The notes beneath the pieces are model-generated. The model was given only the letters and a program-made list of their open reading frames with translations. It was not told the origin of the DNA and made no database searches. This document shows positions 1 to 10,009 of a stretch of DNA of 64,000 nt, piece by piece. The stretch is taken from positions 2,022 to 66,021 of the forward strand of contig CANHVO010000004.1 of assembly GCA_947463915.1 (NCBI GenBank). Reading direction: 5' to 3'. The translations under genes and the position numbers were made by a program. The stretch's first letter is position 1, and each line of letters opens with the position of its first letter. Source of the stretch: Planctomycetaceae bacterium. GTDB taxonomy: Bacteria; Planctomycetota; Planctomycetia; Pirellulales; Pirellulaceae.

Positions 1-4
1 AAGC

Positions 5-1732
5 ATGGCGATGCACCAGCGTTTCCGCCGCAGGTTTGATGCCGAGATTCAAACACTCATCAAACTAAAGCATTCCAATATTGTCCAACTCATTGGATTC
101 GGCGAAGAAAAGGGGCACTTGTTTTATTCGATGGAGTATGTGGATGGAGAGAATCTTCAGCAGCAACTTCGACGAGAAAAAAAGATTGGCTGGGAGCGAG
201 TCGTTGACATCGCCATCGAAATCTGTTCAGCGCTGAAGCATGCTCATGATTTTGGCGTGATTCACCGAGACCTGAAACCTGCTAATCTGATGATCAACTC
301 CCAAGGGAAAGTGAAGCTTACCGACTTCGGGATCGCCAAGTTATTTGGCGCAATGGAATCCACCGTAGAAGGCTCTGTCTTGGGGACTGCTGATTTTATG
401 CCTCCCGAACAAGCAGAAGGGAAACCCGTTACAGTCCGGAGCGATCTCTATTCGTTAGGCAGTATGTGCTATGCAGCGATCGCAGGTAAAGCCCCATTTA
501 GTGGAAAGAACATACCGGAGATCCTGTTCAATGTTCGATATGGCCCCGTGACTCCGCTCGCGTCATTAGAGCCGTCCGTTCCCAAAGAGCTTTGCGATCT
601 GATCGATGAACTCCTACGACGCGAACCTTCCATGAGGCCCCCGACCGGTTTGGTCGTCGGAAATCGCTTGCAAGCACTGCGAGCCGGATTGGCGATGCGA
701 GCTCGTGAAAAGCTATCAAGCAAAACAGAAGTCCGCAATCTAAAGGAGATGACGAGTATCGACATGAACGACGACGAGTCGCTCATGCACGAAGTCAAGT
801 CGCTTTCACCCAATGAAAGCACAATCGTGGGAGCCACGCAGCAATCCCATTCGAGCAATCATGAAAAAACGAGCCCATCGAATCCTTCGGTCGCTGGGCC
901 CGATGACAAAACACGCTTGGCTCCTTCGCAGTCCGAATTTGATTTAAGCGAACAGCCAAGCGGCATCGAGCACATTGGCAATACGAACTTTCGAGAGGTT
1001 CAGGAAGAAGATCGCCGTCGCTCTAGCCTCGTTATCCCTCAAGACGAGTCGATTTCGGCTTGGTCGCAATGGCTTAGTATCGGCGGACTAGTCGCCACAC
1101 TGGTCGCTTGCGGTCTAGGTATCATTTGGTTTTCTCTGTCGCCATCCGCAAACACACTGTATCAAGAAATTTCCCCGGCACTGAATTCGCCAGATGACGA
1201 TTTGCTCTTTGCCGTCGAACCGACCGCGGAACGATTCAAGGCGTTGTATCCGAATGATCCACGATGCGACGATGTCGATGCGTTGCTGGGTGAAATAGAC
1301 TCGCTCCGATCGATCCGTCAAATGCAACGCAAGGCGAAGCGAGGCGGTACGGATCAGTTGGATGCGGTTGAACAAGCGTTTCTCGAATGCATCAAAGCTC
1401 AGTCGCTCGACACCACGCTCGCTCAGCGCAAATTCCAGGCTCTTGCCACTGTTTTTTCCGCCAACGAAAAACTAACGCCGCGCCAAAGCCAGATTGTTGC
1501 TTTGGCGAAGCGGATGGCCGAACAAATTGCACTTGAACCGAAACCTGCCCGGCACCCAGCGATCGAGTCGCTCGAGGAACAGATGGTTTGGGCCGAAGCG
1601 AACTTAAATCCAACCACGAGAGCCGCGTGGTTAAAAGGGCTCATCGAGCTCTTCGAGGACAAAGCGTGGGCGCGGGAGCTGGTTATGTCGGCAAAACTCA
1701 AGTTGACAGCTATCGAGAATACTAAAGACTGA
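5..1732 (+). CDS. Membrane Ser/Thr protein kinase (Hanks type), 5' end cut by the window edge
   Basis: HRDLKPAN, DFG and GTADFMPPE motifs; one TM helix (LSIGGLVATLVACGLGIIWFSL) followed by a helical extracytoplasmic domain. The Gly-rich loop and VAIK motif are absent and the frame is open to position 2, so the gene is partial. Confidence 0.93.
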   Translation: MAMHQRFRRRFDAEIQTLIKLKHSNIVQLIGFGEEKGHLFYSMEYVDGENLQQQLRREKKIGWERVVDIAIEICSALKHAHDFGVIHRDLKPANLMINSQGKVKLTDFGIAKLFGAMESTVEGSVLGTADFMPPEQAEGKPVTVRSDLYSLGSMCYAAIAGKAPFSGKNIPEILFNVRYGPVTPLASLEPSVPKELCDLIDELLRREPSMRPPTGLVVGNRLQALRAGLAMRAREKLSSKTEVRNLKEMTSIDMNDDESLMHEVKSLSPNESTIVGATQQSHSSNHEKTSPSNPSVAGPDDKTRLAPSQSEFDLSEQPSGIEHIGNTNFREVQEEDRRRSSLVIPQDESISAWSQWLSIGGLVATLVACGLGIIWFSLSPSANTLYQEISPALNSPDDDLLFAVEPTAERFKALYPNDPRCDDVDALLGEIDSLRSIRQMQRKAKRGGTDQLDAVEQAFLECIKAQSLDTTLAQRKFQALATVFSANEKLTPRQSQIVALAKRMAEQIALEPKPARHPAIESLEEQMVWAEANLNPTTRAAWLKGLIELFEDKAWARELVMSAKLKLTAIENTKD

Positions 1733-1779
1733 GATCGACCTGCGATCCCTTTTGCTACCTCAAGCGTTTTGAAACTGAA

Positions 1780-2673
1780 ATGCCAAACATCGTAGAAGTT
1801 ACAGGGCTGACGAAAAGATATGGCAACTTTGCCGCTTTGAACGAATGCCAATTGTCCGTTCCAGAGGGGAGCGTATTCGGTCTGCTTGGGCCAAACGGGG
1901 CTGGGAAGACGACACTGATTCGTTGTTTAATGGGGTACTTGCGGCCAACCTCGGGCATCGCCATCGCCGATGGGTTGGATTGCCAACGTGAGAGTTTACT
2001 AGTCCGGCAGCGCGTCTGTTACTTGCCGGCCGAGACCAAGCTGTTTCGAATGATGCGAGGCAGAGACTGCATCGATTTTTTTTCTGCAATTCATCCGCGA
2101 GGCAGTAAGGCTCTTGCGCTCGGCATTGCGGATCGTCTCGAGTTGGACTTGAGACGTCGGGTAGGTTTTATGTCGACGGGTATGCGGCAAAAACTAGCGA
2201 TCGCATGTGTGTTGAGTTGCCAGTGTCGGCTCATGATCTTGGATGAGCCAACTGCGAATTTGGATCCGACCGTCCGATCCGAAGTCCTCAAGTTGGTTCG
2301 AGAAGCAAACGAAAGGGGGACGACCATCGCTTTTTGCTCTCATGTGCTCAGCGAGATCGAAGAGATTTGCGATCATGCCGCTATTTTGAAGAGCGGCCAA
2401 GTGGTTCGAAGCATCGCTTTGAGCGAAGTCCGATTCGTGCATCGTATTCAAGCAAACCTATCCGACGATACAAAGCTAGGGAGCATTCCCGCAACGATCC
2501 GAACGATCCGAACGATCTCCAAAAAGGCAGATCGAATCGTTTTGGAAATCGACGGTCCTCTCGATGATCATTTGAAGTGGTTGGGGACAAGCGGACTCGA
2601 ATCAGTTCAAATCGACTCAATTGGACTTCGGAGTATCTATGAAAGCGTCCATCCCGGCGTCGGTGTCGCCTGA
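1780..2673 (+). CDS. ABC transporter ATP-binding protein (ABC-2/DrrA-like exporter)
   Basis: Walker A GPNGAGKT, signature variant MSTGMRQK, Walker B LMILDEPT, H-loop CSH. Confidence 0.93.
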   Translation: MPNIVEVTGLTKRYGNFAALNECQLSVPEGSVFGLLGPNGAGKTTLIRCLMGYLRPTSGIAIADGLDCQRESLLVRQRVCYLPAETKLFRMMRGRDCIDFFSAIHPRGSKALALGIADRLELDLRRRVGFMSTGMRQKLAIACVLSCQCRLMILDEPTANLDPTVRSEVLKLVREANERGTTIAFCSHVLSEIEEICDHAAILKSGQVVRSIALSEVRFVHRIQANLSDDTKLGSIPATIRTIRTISKKADRIVLEIDGPLDDHLKWLGTSGLESVQIDSIGLRSIYESVHPGVGVA

Positions 2674-2855
2674 GATGGAATCGTAGCACCAAGCATGCCG
2701 CATTTGCCGTCGGGGCAGTCACGGGCTCGGGGGTTCCAAGGACGGCAACGGATTCATGGGGCCAAAAGATCGCGGTGCGCCTACGGCTGACCGTTAAACG
2801 AAGTCCCTTGACCGGACGGCTTGCGCCGTTCCGCGAACAACCGGAACACCAGTTG

Positions 2856-3404
2856 CTACTTGGCTGGAAGTTTTGCAACACCGAGCTTTTCTAACTGATC
2901 GGCTAAATCTTTACCGTGAGTCTCTGTGTTGACTTTGGACTCAACCGCTAGGACCTTTCCGTCTTTGCCAATAATAAAAGTCGTGCGCCCCGCTTTTGTT
3001 TTGTCGCTGCTCAGCACGCCGAACATCTCTGCGTTCTTCCCCTTGGGGTCGCAGAGGATTGGATAATCCAAGTCGAGACTCTTGGCAAACTCAGCGTTCT
3101 TTTCAACGGGATCGGTGCTTGCAGTGAAGTAGGCGACGTCGAACTTCTTGAGCATATCTCCAGACTCCTTCATCGACTTGCACTCTTTGGTGCAGCCGCC
3201 GGTGAATGCTCGCGGAAACCAAGCGATGATGACGGCTTTCTTGCCTACAAAATCTTTTGCCTTGTAGGTCTTGCCGTCGCTCCCTTGCATCTCAAAATCC
3301 GGTGCCGTGTCACCGACCTTTGGGACATCCGCGGAAATCGAAAGGCTAGGGATCGAAAGACAAGTAGCAACAGCTACAACAAAACAACTCAGAAAGGATC
3401 GCAT
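2856..3404 (-). CDS. Peroxiredoxin (BCP/PrxQ, AhpC-TSA family) with signal peptide
   Basis: PxxxTxxC motif [13 protein letters not shown]; VGDTAPDF start of the thioredoxin fold; hydrophobic N-terminus. Confidence 0.88.
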   Translation of the reverse strand: MRSFLSCFVVAVATCLSIPSLSISADVPKVGDTAPDFEMQGSDGKTYKAKDFVGKKAVIIAWFPRAFTGGCTKECKSMKESGDMLKKFDVAYFTASTDPVEKNAEFAKSLDLDYPILCDPKGKNAEMFGVLSSDKTKAGRTTFIIGKDGKVLAVESKVNTETHGKDLADQLEKLGVAKLPAK

Positions 3405-3543
3405 TTCAAAAGCACCTTGAAGGGGTTATGGTGGGAAGTCGAATTCCAGCCAGTATAACAAGGTCATCAAGGCGATTGTCGTCGTGTCCCGCATATTTTT
3501 GAAACGCTTAGGAAATGCGGGAGCAGGACGACAAGCCAGATGA

Positions 3544-5247
3544 CTATTTGGCTTGTCCCGCTGCGGATCTCGCGGTACGTTTGAATGCGGATTGCAGTTG
3601 TTCCAACTGTGTGTTGAGTTCCTTCATACTAGCCTCCCAGCTCTCATGGGCTAGCGAGTGCTCGTCGCTTAGTTGATCCCAGCGCGTTTTGATTTTTTCG
3701 AGCTCAATATGAAGTTGCTCGGCCCCTCGAATTGCAGCTTGTGAACGCATTCGTTGTGCTTCCAAGTCATAGCTAGGTTTGAGCACGGATTCGATGGCCT
3801 CGATACTCGAAGATTCAATCTCGATGAGTATCTCATTCTGATCCCCCGACATGGCTGAAGTTGTTCCAATCAATTTGCCAACGATTTGGGCCTCGTTGTG
3901 GTGACTGGGGGCACCCAACTGCAAGCTGGTCTCAGAAAGCTCCACCATTGGAATCGAGATGGTTGCTGACCAACCTTGGCTAGCATGCTGAATTGTTGCC
4001 ACGCTCTTTCCTCGTGCCTCAAGGATGCGTTGAACAACGACTTGCAATTGGGTTGAGTCGGACTGAACAAATTCCATTTCCTGCACAGTACAGGTCAGCC
4101 ACGGAATAGCTGCGGATTGCGAATCGCGTGTCAATCGAATGTTGACAATTGGTTTGTCACCATCCGCTAGGTCGCGACTGGACAAGTTTTTGCAAACGAG
4201 TTCAAACTCGCTAGTCGATTCAGGCGAATCTGCTGGGGTCCCTGTAAAATGAATAGTCCCCTTTACTTTGCCTGCGAGCAACCGTGTAAAACCGATTGGC
4301 AATTTGGAAACGAATTCGGAGTTGGCTGCGCTGAACTGAGGCGGCGCTTGACTATCGATTTTTGAAGCAATGACTGGCGATTCCCTCAACGCAGTAATGG
4401 ATTGCAGAGCCAACTGGAGTACGGATCGGTTGTGGTTCCACTCTTTGGCAATTGCAGATTTTGCTAATTGCAGTGCGTCTTCAGTAATCTTGGGCGTCGA
4501 AAGAACCGGCTGCTGCCCAAGATTCTGGAGCAATTTTTCTGGTGCAAATTCTCTCAGGGAATTTAACTCTATCTCCGACTTCCGGTATGCAACACGATCT
4601 TCAGCCATCGACTGATTAATAGCTGCCAACTGTTGATTTGCCTTGTTCACAGCATCTTTTTGGCGAAGCACGTTTAATGAACCATCGCTGGGCATGGCCT
4701 CTGCGAGATGTTGTAGCATTTCGCGAATTCGAGTAGACACCTTCAATTGGGATTGGCTTTGCTTGCTCGATGCAAAAGCAAGTTTTTGTTTCATCTCAAA
4801 AAGGATTGGCTCGATTACCGGCGCTAAGGTTGCGATCTCATTGTGCAATTCAGGAGGAGGCGATGGCGATGGGTGTTCGACTGCAAACGGGATAAACTCG
4901 CTAGTCGGCTCGGCCACTATCCAATGAACATCGTTCGCGACAACACTATTCACTTTCAAATTGCGATAGAGCAGGCTGTTCCAATCAAACTTAAGCGCAA
5001 CGTACGGAATTCGATTGAAATGTGAGCGAGTTTCGGCGTGACTGTCATCTATGCCTGAATGAATGACGACATCTCGAAGGGCTATCGTCCCGTCGATAAG
5101 TGAAATCTTGGATGATCCAATCTCAACTTTGGCGTTCATGATCTCGGAAAGTCGAGATTCCATGCGGGAACGCATGATGGGTTGGAAGCAGCATATTCCA
5201 CCACCGAGAGTCACAGTTGCAATGAGAAGTCGCCGACGAAACGTCAT
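3544..5247 (-). CDS. TIGR03545-like protein (N-terminal TM anchor, AsmA-like beta region, coiled coils)
   Basis: Basic N-terminus plus TM, then AKVEIGSSKISLIDGTIALRDVVI...LKFDWNSLLYRNLKV, resembling TIGR03545/AsmA N-termini; ATGA overlap with the upstream TIGR03546-like gene. Confidence 0.6.
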   Translation of the reverse strand: MTFRRRLLIATVTLGGGICCFQPIMRSRMESRLSEIMNAKVEIGSSKISLIDGTIALRDVVIHSGIDDSHAETRSHFNRIPYVALKFDWNSLLYRNLKVNSVVANDVHWIVAEPTSEFIPFAVEHPSPSPPPELHNEIATLAPVIEPILFEMKQKLAFASSKQSQSQLKVSTRIREMLQHLAEAMPSDGSLNVLRQKDAVNKANQQLAAINQSMAEDRVAYRKSEIELNSLREFAPEKLLQNLGQQPVLSTPKITEDALQLAKSAIAKEWNHNRSVLQLALQSITALRESPVIASKIDSQAPPQFSAANSEFVSKLPIGFTRLLAGKVKGTIHFTGTPADSPESTSEFELVCKNLSSRDLADGDKPIVNIRLTRDSQSAAIPWLTCTVQEMEFVQSDSTQLQVVVQRILEARGKSVATIQHASQGWSATISIPMVELSETSLQLGAPSHHNEAQIVGKLIGTTSAMSGDQNEILIEIESSSIEAIESVLKPSYDLEAQRMRSQAAIRGAEQLHIELEKIKTRWDQLSDEHSLAHESWEASMKELNTQLEQLQSAFKRTARSAAGQAK

Positions 5248-6347
5248 GCCGATTTCTCCGACGACTTTCGGACCGAGTCTTTAGAACCATTAATGTGCCA
5301 CAATAGATACTTCAGTGATTCGTCGCGATTGCCTGATTGGCTGGCTGTATGACTGAGGTCGTAGCTGATCGTTTGCCCAACGAGGCCCTTCGTTGTTGGC
5401 GCAACGCCTTGGTTGAAGGAGTCATTGGAAGCGATGGTTGAAACATTTCCTGTTGGCATGGAGTTTCCTTGTATGTGAGGAACTGCGGACGAATCTCTTT
5501 TGGCTTGGTTGGATTCTTGTGCAGATGGAATTGGTTTCCGATATCGCACTACTTCGATGACCGTTTCACGAAGAAATGTGTCGTTACCGTCCGGAAGCAC
5601 TTCTCCGGTAAAAATAGTCGGCATCGTTCGTTGTTTCCGCTGGCGATCCGTCGGTCGAGTTTGCCTCATAGACGCTCCGCCGTCGGAGTTTGCGGATTGT
5701 GTCGCGGAAGTGTTCACGGTCGTGGCCACTGCCCCAGGCTCTCCAGAAGGCGCGTGGGAACTGGTGAAGTGACCATCGCTGGAAACGATTTTAAACGCTG
5801 GCAACGGTTTCTCCTGACGTGATTTTGATTGCTCCGCAACAGACTTTCTATATTGAATAGCATCGTTGGCTACCTGCTCTAAAGCGATGCTTTCGAGTTT
5901 TTGGCTCGCTTTGGAGAACAACCAAAAAGAAACCGCATAGGACGGAATCAAAGTTAGAGTCCCCATTCCGATACCGCCGAGAACGAGAGTGTTTTCTAGG
6001 CAAGCCCACGGCAATACGGGATACTGATAAAGAGAACCGATAGCCCGAGCGATCATTGGTTGTTCGAGCAGCGTCGAACCGACCGCAGCAGTGATGGGGT
6101 TGAACCATGTGCTGGCAAAGCTTAGAGCTATGGCAGTTGTGCACGCGACCAGCTGATTGATTCTAAAAAAAGCGATCATGGAAACGAGCGCGATGACAAC
6201 AAGATTGTCTTTTGGAATCAATCCAAGCACGATCCCTATCGAAATGGCTAGCGCGATTTGCGTTGGGCTGCGATACTGGGAAAGGATCGCAATGATTCGC
6301 TTTGAATTTCTGCTGATCCGAGAAATCATGGCCCCTGCTACGTTCAT
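5244..6347 (-). CDS. TIGR03546/DUF2062 family membrane protein with long low-complexity C-terminal tail
   Basis: SPTQIALAISIGIVLGLIPKDNL...LENTLVLGG matches the TIGR03546 pattern as I recall it. The ORF track starts at 6509; ATG 6347 or 6329 is more likely. Confidence 0.72.
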   Translation of the reverse strand: MNVAGAMISRISRNSKRIIAILSQYRSPTQIALAISIGIVLGLIPKDNLVVIALVSMIAFFRINQLVACTTAIALSFASTWFNPITAAVGSTLLEQPMIARAIGSLYQYPVLPWACLENTLVLGGIGMGTLTLIPSYAVSFWLFSKASQKLESIALEQVANDAIQYRKSVAEQSKSRQEKPLPAFKIVSSDGHFTSSHAPSGEPGAVATTVNTSATQSANSDGGASMRQTRPTDRQRKQRTMPTIFTGEVLPDGNDTFLRETVIEVVRYRKPIPSAQESNQAKRDSSAVPHIQGNSMPTGNVSTIASNDSFNQGVAPTTKGLVGQTISYDLSHTASQSGNRDESLKYLLWHINGSKDSVRKSSEKSA

Positions 6348-6573
6348 TAAAACGCCGAGTAACCGCGCGTTACGGTGGAATGGAAAAAGCCGATCGCTAA
6401 ACACCATCATCCTGCACTTGAAACATCGGTAAGTCGCGTAGGAAAATAGAGCCGAATACGCAGACGTTGCCGAATTTACGGAAGGTTGGCCAAAGCCGGG
6501 TGCTAGCAAACGCCCGATTGCACTCCATGTTTTGTCGATTACGCTCTAATGCGAGCGTAAAGTTTCAATATGT

Positions 6574-6676
6574 GTAGCACGATGCGCAAGCTAGTGAATC
6601 TGCGTTCCAATGTTCATGGCACGACGCGCAAGCTAGTGAGTCGGCGTTCCAATTCGCCAGCTCGCGCGTCGTGCTA
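6574..6676. repeat. REP family B cluster (GTAGCACGACGCGCAAGCTAGTGAAT): two direct units plus one inverted unit
   Basis: The same unit recurs at 51889-51950, 53291-53360, 53550-53597 and 63650-63672. Confidence 0.85.
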
Positions 6677-6771
6677 AAAGAGTTTTCATGGAGCGCGCAA
6701 GAGGCATTTTTCATGCTGCCACTTGCCTAAAGCACAGCCTAACTACCCCCTAAACCAAGAAGAATGCCGTT

Positions 6772-7011
6772 ATGCAATCTCCAAACGAACCGGAAGAAGA
6801 AACCATCGAATTGGATCAGTTTCTCAAGCTGGCTGAAGTAACGCAGTCGGGTGGCCAAGCGAAACACCTTATTCAGTCCGGTGGAGTTCTGGTGAACGGC
6901 GTAGTGGAAACACGCCGGGGGAAAAAACTTCGCCCCGGAGATCGGATTTTTGTCGGTGGCGAGGAGTTCGTCGTCGGCTCAGATTCCGACGACGAAGAGT
7001 TTGAGTCCTAA
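6772..7011 (+). CDS. S4-domain RNA-binding protein (YaaA/YbcJ family)
   Basis: IELDQFLKLAEVTQSGGQAKHLIQSGGVLVNGVVETRRGKKLRPGD. Confidence 0.92.
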   Translation: MQSPNEPEEETIELDQFLKLAEVTQSGGQAKHLIQSGGVLVNGVVETRRGKKLRPGDRIFVGGEEFVVGSDSDDEEFES

Positions 7012-7093
7012 GGCGTTCGGCCAAATGGAAATTTCATAGCAAGTCGTGCTCCTGCAAAAAACCGGAATTTCCATTCGGTTTTTGATGAGACTA

Positions 7094-7258
7094 TTTAGCC
7101 GAAAAAAACGAAAAGAACCGAAAAAAGAGACGTTGGAACAAATGGGTTCGCTTTAGTCAAAGGCTCGCCGCTACTGACTAGTCTGAGGACCAACGAAAAT
7201 AAAGACTCAACGAAGCATCAATTCGATTTTTTTGGCTTCTTTCGCTTTTTTCGGCAAA
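7094..7258. repeat. MITE-like element with about 30-bp imperfect A-rich terminal inverted repeats
   Basis: gccgaaaaaaacgaaaagaaccgaaaaaa pairs with ttttttggcttctttcgcttttttcggc, between convergent genes. Confidence 0.55.
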
Positions 7259-7344
7259 AAGGAAGATGCTTAAGACGTTTGTCCCTCGGTCTAGGTCTCT
7301 GCCGGCGGAGACCTCGTCGCTCGCCTAACTCACATTGAATCGAC

Positions 7345-8352
7345 TTATCTCACAAGTGTTTCGCTGGCCTTTCCGTCGAGCAATCGTTCCACTTCTTGTC
7401 TAGAAATCAAAGGCAAGTCGCCCGGAATGCTGTATTTCAGGCGAGCTGTTGCGGTTGCCCACTGAAGCGATCTCCGCAAATCTTGCTTTTCCAACCAGGC
7501 GGAAAGAAACCCGGCCGAAAACGAATCGCCTCCGCCAAGCCGACCAATCGGTTCGACGGGTTCAATCGATTTTGTTTCGCAATGGTTCGCATCGCTCGCC
7601 ATGGCACCGCGCGTTCCTAGTGTCATGACAGTTGGTCGGCCTGACCGCATCGCTACCAGTTGCGACATTGCACGTTCGTCGCTCAATTCTCCACTGATGC
7701 CCCATAGATTGTTGGCATCTCGTCGAGGCAAAAATACGAGGTCCGCAGATTCGAACAGGGACTCACTGTATTGCATCGCCTGTTTGGCACTACAAAGCAG
7801 CGATCGATGGTTTACGTCAAAACTAATTTGCCAACCCACCGATCTTGCCCGCTTTACCGCGTCTGCGACCGTTGCTCGTACCGAATCGCTCAGCCACAGC
7901 GAAATGCCTGTAATGTGCAACCACTTGGAATTCAGAGGAGCAAATAGGTCTGATGGTAAATCGCTTGGCTGGATTTTTGAAAAGGCAGAATTCGCACGAT
8001 CGTAAATCACCTGGCTGTTTCTGGGTGGAGTGCCCGCTTCTAAGAAATACAACCCGACGCGGTCGTTGTTCGTCCATACAACATGCCTGGTGCAGACTCC
8101 ATGCGCGGCGATTGCCCGTTCGACTTTTCTCCCCAAGTGGTTGTCGGTCATCCTGGATAACCATGCGACTCGTTTCCCAAGTCGTGAGAGACCGACGGCT
8201 GTGTTCGACTCGCTCCCGCCGACATGCACTTGTAAACTTTCAGCTTGCTCTAGGCGAAGATTGCTATCTGGGGTCAATCGCAGCATTGTTTCGCCCAAAG
8301 TGACGACATCCCACTGTGTTTCCGAAGATTGATTGTTGGGTGTTGAATTCAT
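7345..8352 (-). CDS. kdgK: PfkB-family sugar kinase, probably 2-keto-3-deoxygluconate kinase
   Basis: GGSESNTAVGLSRLG and GGGDSFSAGF PfkB signatures; ATGA-coupled to eda. Confidence 0.8.
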   Translation of the reverse strand: MNSTPNNQSSETQWDVVTLGETMLRLTPDSNLRLEQAESLQVHVGGSESNTAVGLSRLGKRVAWLSRMTDNHLGRKVERAIAAHGVCTRHVVWTNNDRVGLYFLEAGTPPRNSQVIYDRANSAFSKIQPSDLPSDLFAPLNSKWLHITGISLWLSDSVRATVADAVKRARSVGWQISFDVNHRSLLCSAKQAMQYSESLFESADLVFLPRRDANNLWGISGELSDERAMSQLVAMRSGRPTVMTLGTRGAMASDANHCETKSIEPVEPIGRLGGGDSFSAGFLSAWLEKQDLRRSLQWATATARLKYSIPGDLPLISRQEVERLLDGKASETLVR

Positions 8353-8999
8353 GCTGCATTGCGATCCAATTGGCTGGCTTTCACATATTCAGAAGCGGTT
8401 TGGATTAGTTTGTTCCAATCCTTGTTTTGAATGGCGATCGGATCAAGCAATTGGCTACCAATACCGACGGCTACTGCTCCGGCTGCAAAAAAGGTCGCTA
8501 TGTTCTTTAAGTCAACGCCGCCTGTCGGCATGAGTTTTAAGTACGGCATGGGAGCCAGCACATCTTTGATATAGCCCGCCCCCAAAGTTCTTGCGGGAAA
8601 CACTTTCACGATATCGGCCCCAGCATCCCAGCACGTTGCAATTTCGGTTGGGGTGTAAGCTCCCGGGCAGACCGCAACTTTGTTTTGCTTGCAGTAATCG
8701 ATAATCTGAACAGAGGTAATGGGCGAGACTACAAATTGTGCTCCACTATCGATCGCAAGCTTCGCTTCTTCGAGCGAACGAACAGAGCCTATGCCGACGA
8801 CCGCTTTTTGGGACGTAATCGCTTGGTGGGTATCTCTCATTTTTCGGACCACAGCTGGTGCGGCTGCATTTGTCAGTGTGAACTCGAGAGCCCGAACGCC
8901 CGCCTGAAACAATGCGTTGGTGATCGGAAGTGCCGTCGATAGGTCATCCAACCTAAGAATAGCGACTAGGCGGGCGTCGAGGATTGTTTCAATGGTCAT
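8349..8999 (-). CDS. eda: KDPG/KHG aldolase
   Basis: LVAILR, ALEFTL, GAQFVVSP, PGAYTPTEI, VKVFPA and LMPTGGV motifs. Likely start ATG 8999; the ORF track extends to 9143. Confidence 0.92.
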   Translation of the reverse strand: MTIETILDARLVAILRLDDLSTALPITNALFQAGVRALEFTLTNAAAPAVVRKMRDTHQAITSQKAVVGIGSVRSLEEAKLAIDSGAQFVVSPITSVQIIDYCKQNKVAVCPGAYTPTEIATCWDAGADIVKVFPARTLGAGYIKDVLAPMPYLKLMPTGGVDLKNIATFFAAGAVAVGIGSQLLDPIAIQNKDWNKLIQTASEYVKASQLDRNAA

Positions 9000-9171
9000 C
9001 GTTGCGATCAGGTTCCTGTCGGCCGAATAGCTAGCGAAAGAAGTTGGAAAGATTTGCTGATTGTATCGATTGTACCGGCCGATACAGAACAGCAGAAGGA
9101 CGGTTTGCTCCAGGTCGGGGCGACGAATCCGTTTGTTTTGCATGCCAGCAATTCTTCAGGGGCGCATTGTT

Positions 9172-9909
9172 ATGAAAACTGCATTGTTCGGATGGCTATT
9201 TGGATTTGGACTGTTGATAAGCCATGTCGGCTGCTGCTCCGTTCGTTTTGTTGGCGATGGCTGCGGCATGGGAGCATGCGGTGACATTGATTGCGAAGTA
9301 GGAGGCTGCGGCAGTTTGCGTTCACGAGTTGCCAATCGAATTCGAAGCGCCCATTGCAGCTCGGGTTGCGGGGAAATTTACTGGGACGAACACATTAACG
9401 AGCCACCCGTGTGCGATCCTTGCGGCTGCAATGGTGAGTTTGAGTGCGGATCGTGCGGTAGCTGCCCAACGGCGCTCGGGCGTTTGAAAAACTTGTGGGG
9501 ATATCGATACATGCCCTCCAGTTGCGGCGAATGCAATTCATGCGGATTGACTTCGAATCACGGCGGCTCAAGCTCGTGCGCAACATGCGCCAGCAACACG
9601 CAATCTTCCTACTCTTCGAATGATCACATGTCGTCGCACAGCGAAATGATGTCATCTGAGCCAGTTGAGAATTCGGTGATAAAGCGTTCCCCAACCCCAG
9701 CCAAACCGAAACAAGCCCCCGCTCCTAGCGTTGCTCCTAAACCAACTCCCGATGCCAATGCGATGCATATGGAGGAGGTTTCGACGGAACGACTTGTCAT
9801 CGGAAGCGGCGCATCGAAAACTAGGAAAACGACAACGGCTAGACCTGTCTCGACCAGTTTGAAGCCGTCCGGCCAAGGTAAGCCAAGGCTGGTAACCAAC
9901 CCTCGCTAA
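9172..9909 (+). CDS. Cys/Gly-rich exported protein, possible lipoprotein
   Basis: Signal-like N-terminus ending HVGC; 19 Cys in residues 21-139; Ser/Pro/Lys-rich tail. Likely start ATG 9172. Confidence 0.7.
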   Translation: MKTALFGWLFGFGLLISHVGCCSVRFVGDGCGMGACGDIDCEVGGCGSLRSRVANRIRSAHCSSGCGEIYWDEHINEPPVCDPCGCNGEFECGSCGSCPTALGRLKNLWGYRYMPSSCGECNSCGLTSNHGGSSSCATCASNTQSSYSSNDHMSSHSEMMSSEPVENSVIKRSPTPAKPKQAPAPSVAPKPTPDANAMHMEEVSTERLVIGSGASKTRKTTTARPVSTSLKPSGQGKPRLVTNPR

Positions 9910-9950
9910 TCGCTTCCAGTGGTTTATCGGTTCTTGGAGTTAAGTTTTCC

Positions 9951-10009
9951 GTAACGAAACTCGTCAAGAGTTTCGACGGTGTTGAGGAAGCAATCGAAAG
10001 TCGAGCTAC
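9951..10009. repeat. Degenerate family A REPIN
   Basis: GTAACGAAACTCGTCAAGAGTTTCG left arm; the right arm is internally deleted (cgaaagtcgagctac). Confidence 0.7.

Noticed and set aside
3170-3215. Selenocysteine in the peroxiredoxin active site
   Set aside because: The codon is TGC (Cys) and the ORF is uninterrupted.
6574-6676. Repeated 21-26 bp units as a CRISPR array (also 53285-53600)
   Set aside because: Only 2-3 units, some inverted, no regular unique spacers, dispersed copies and no cas genes; these are REPs.
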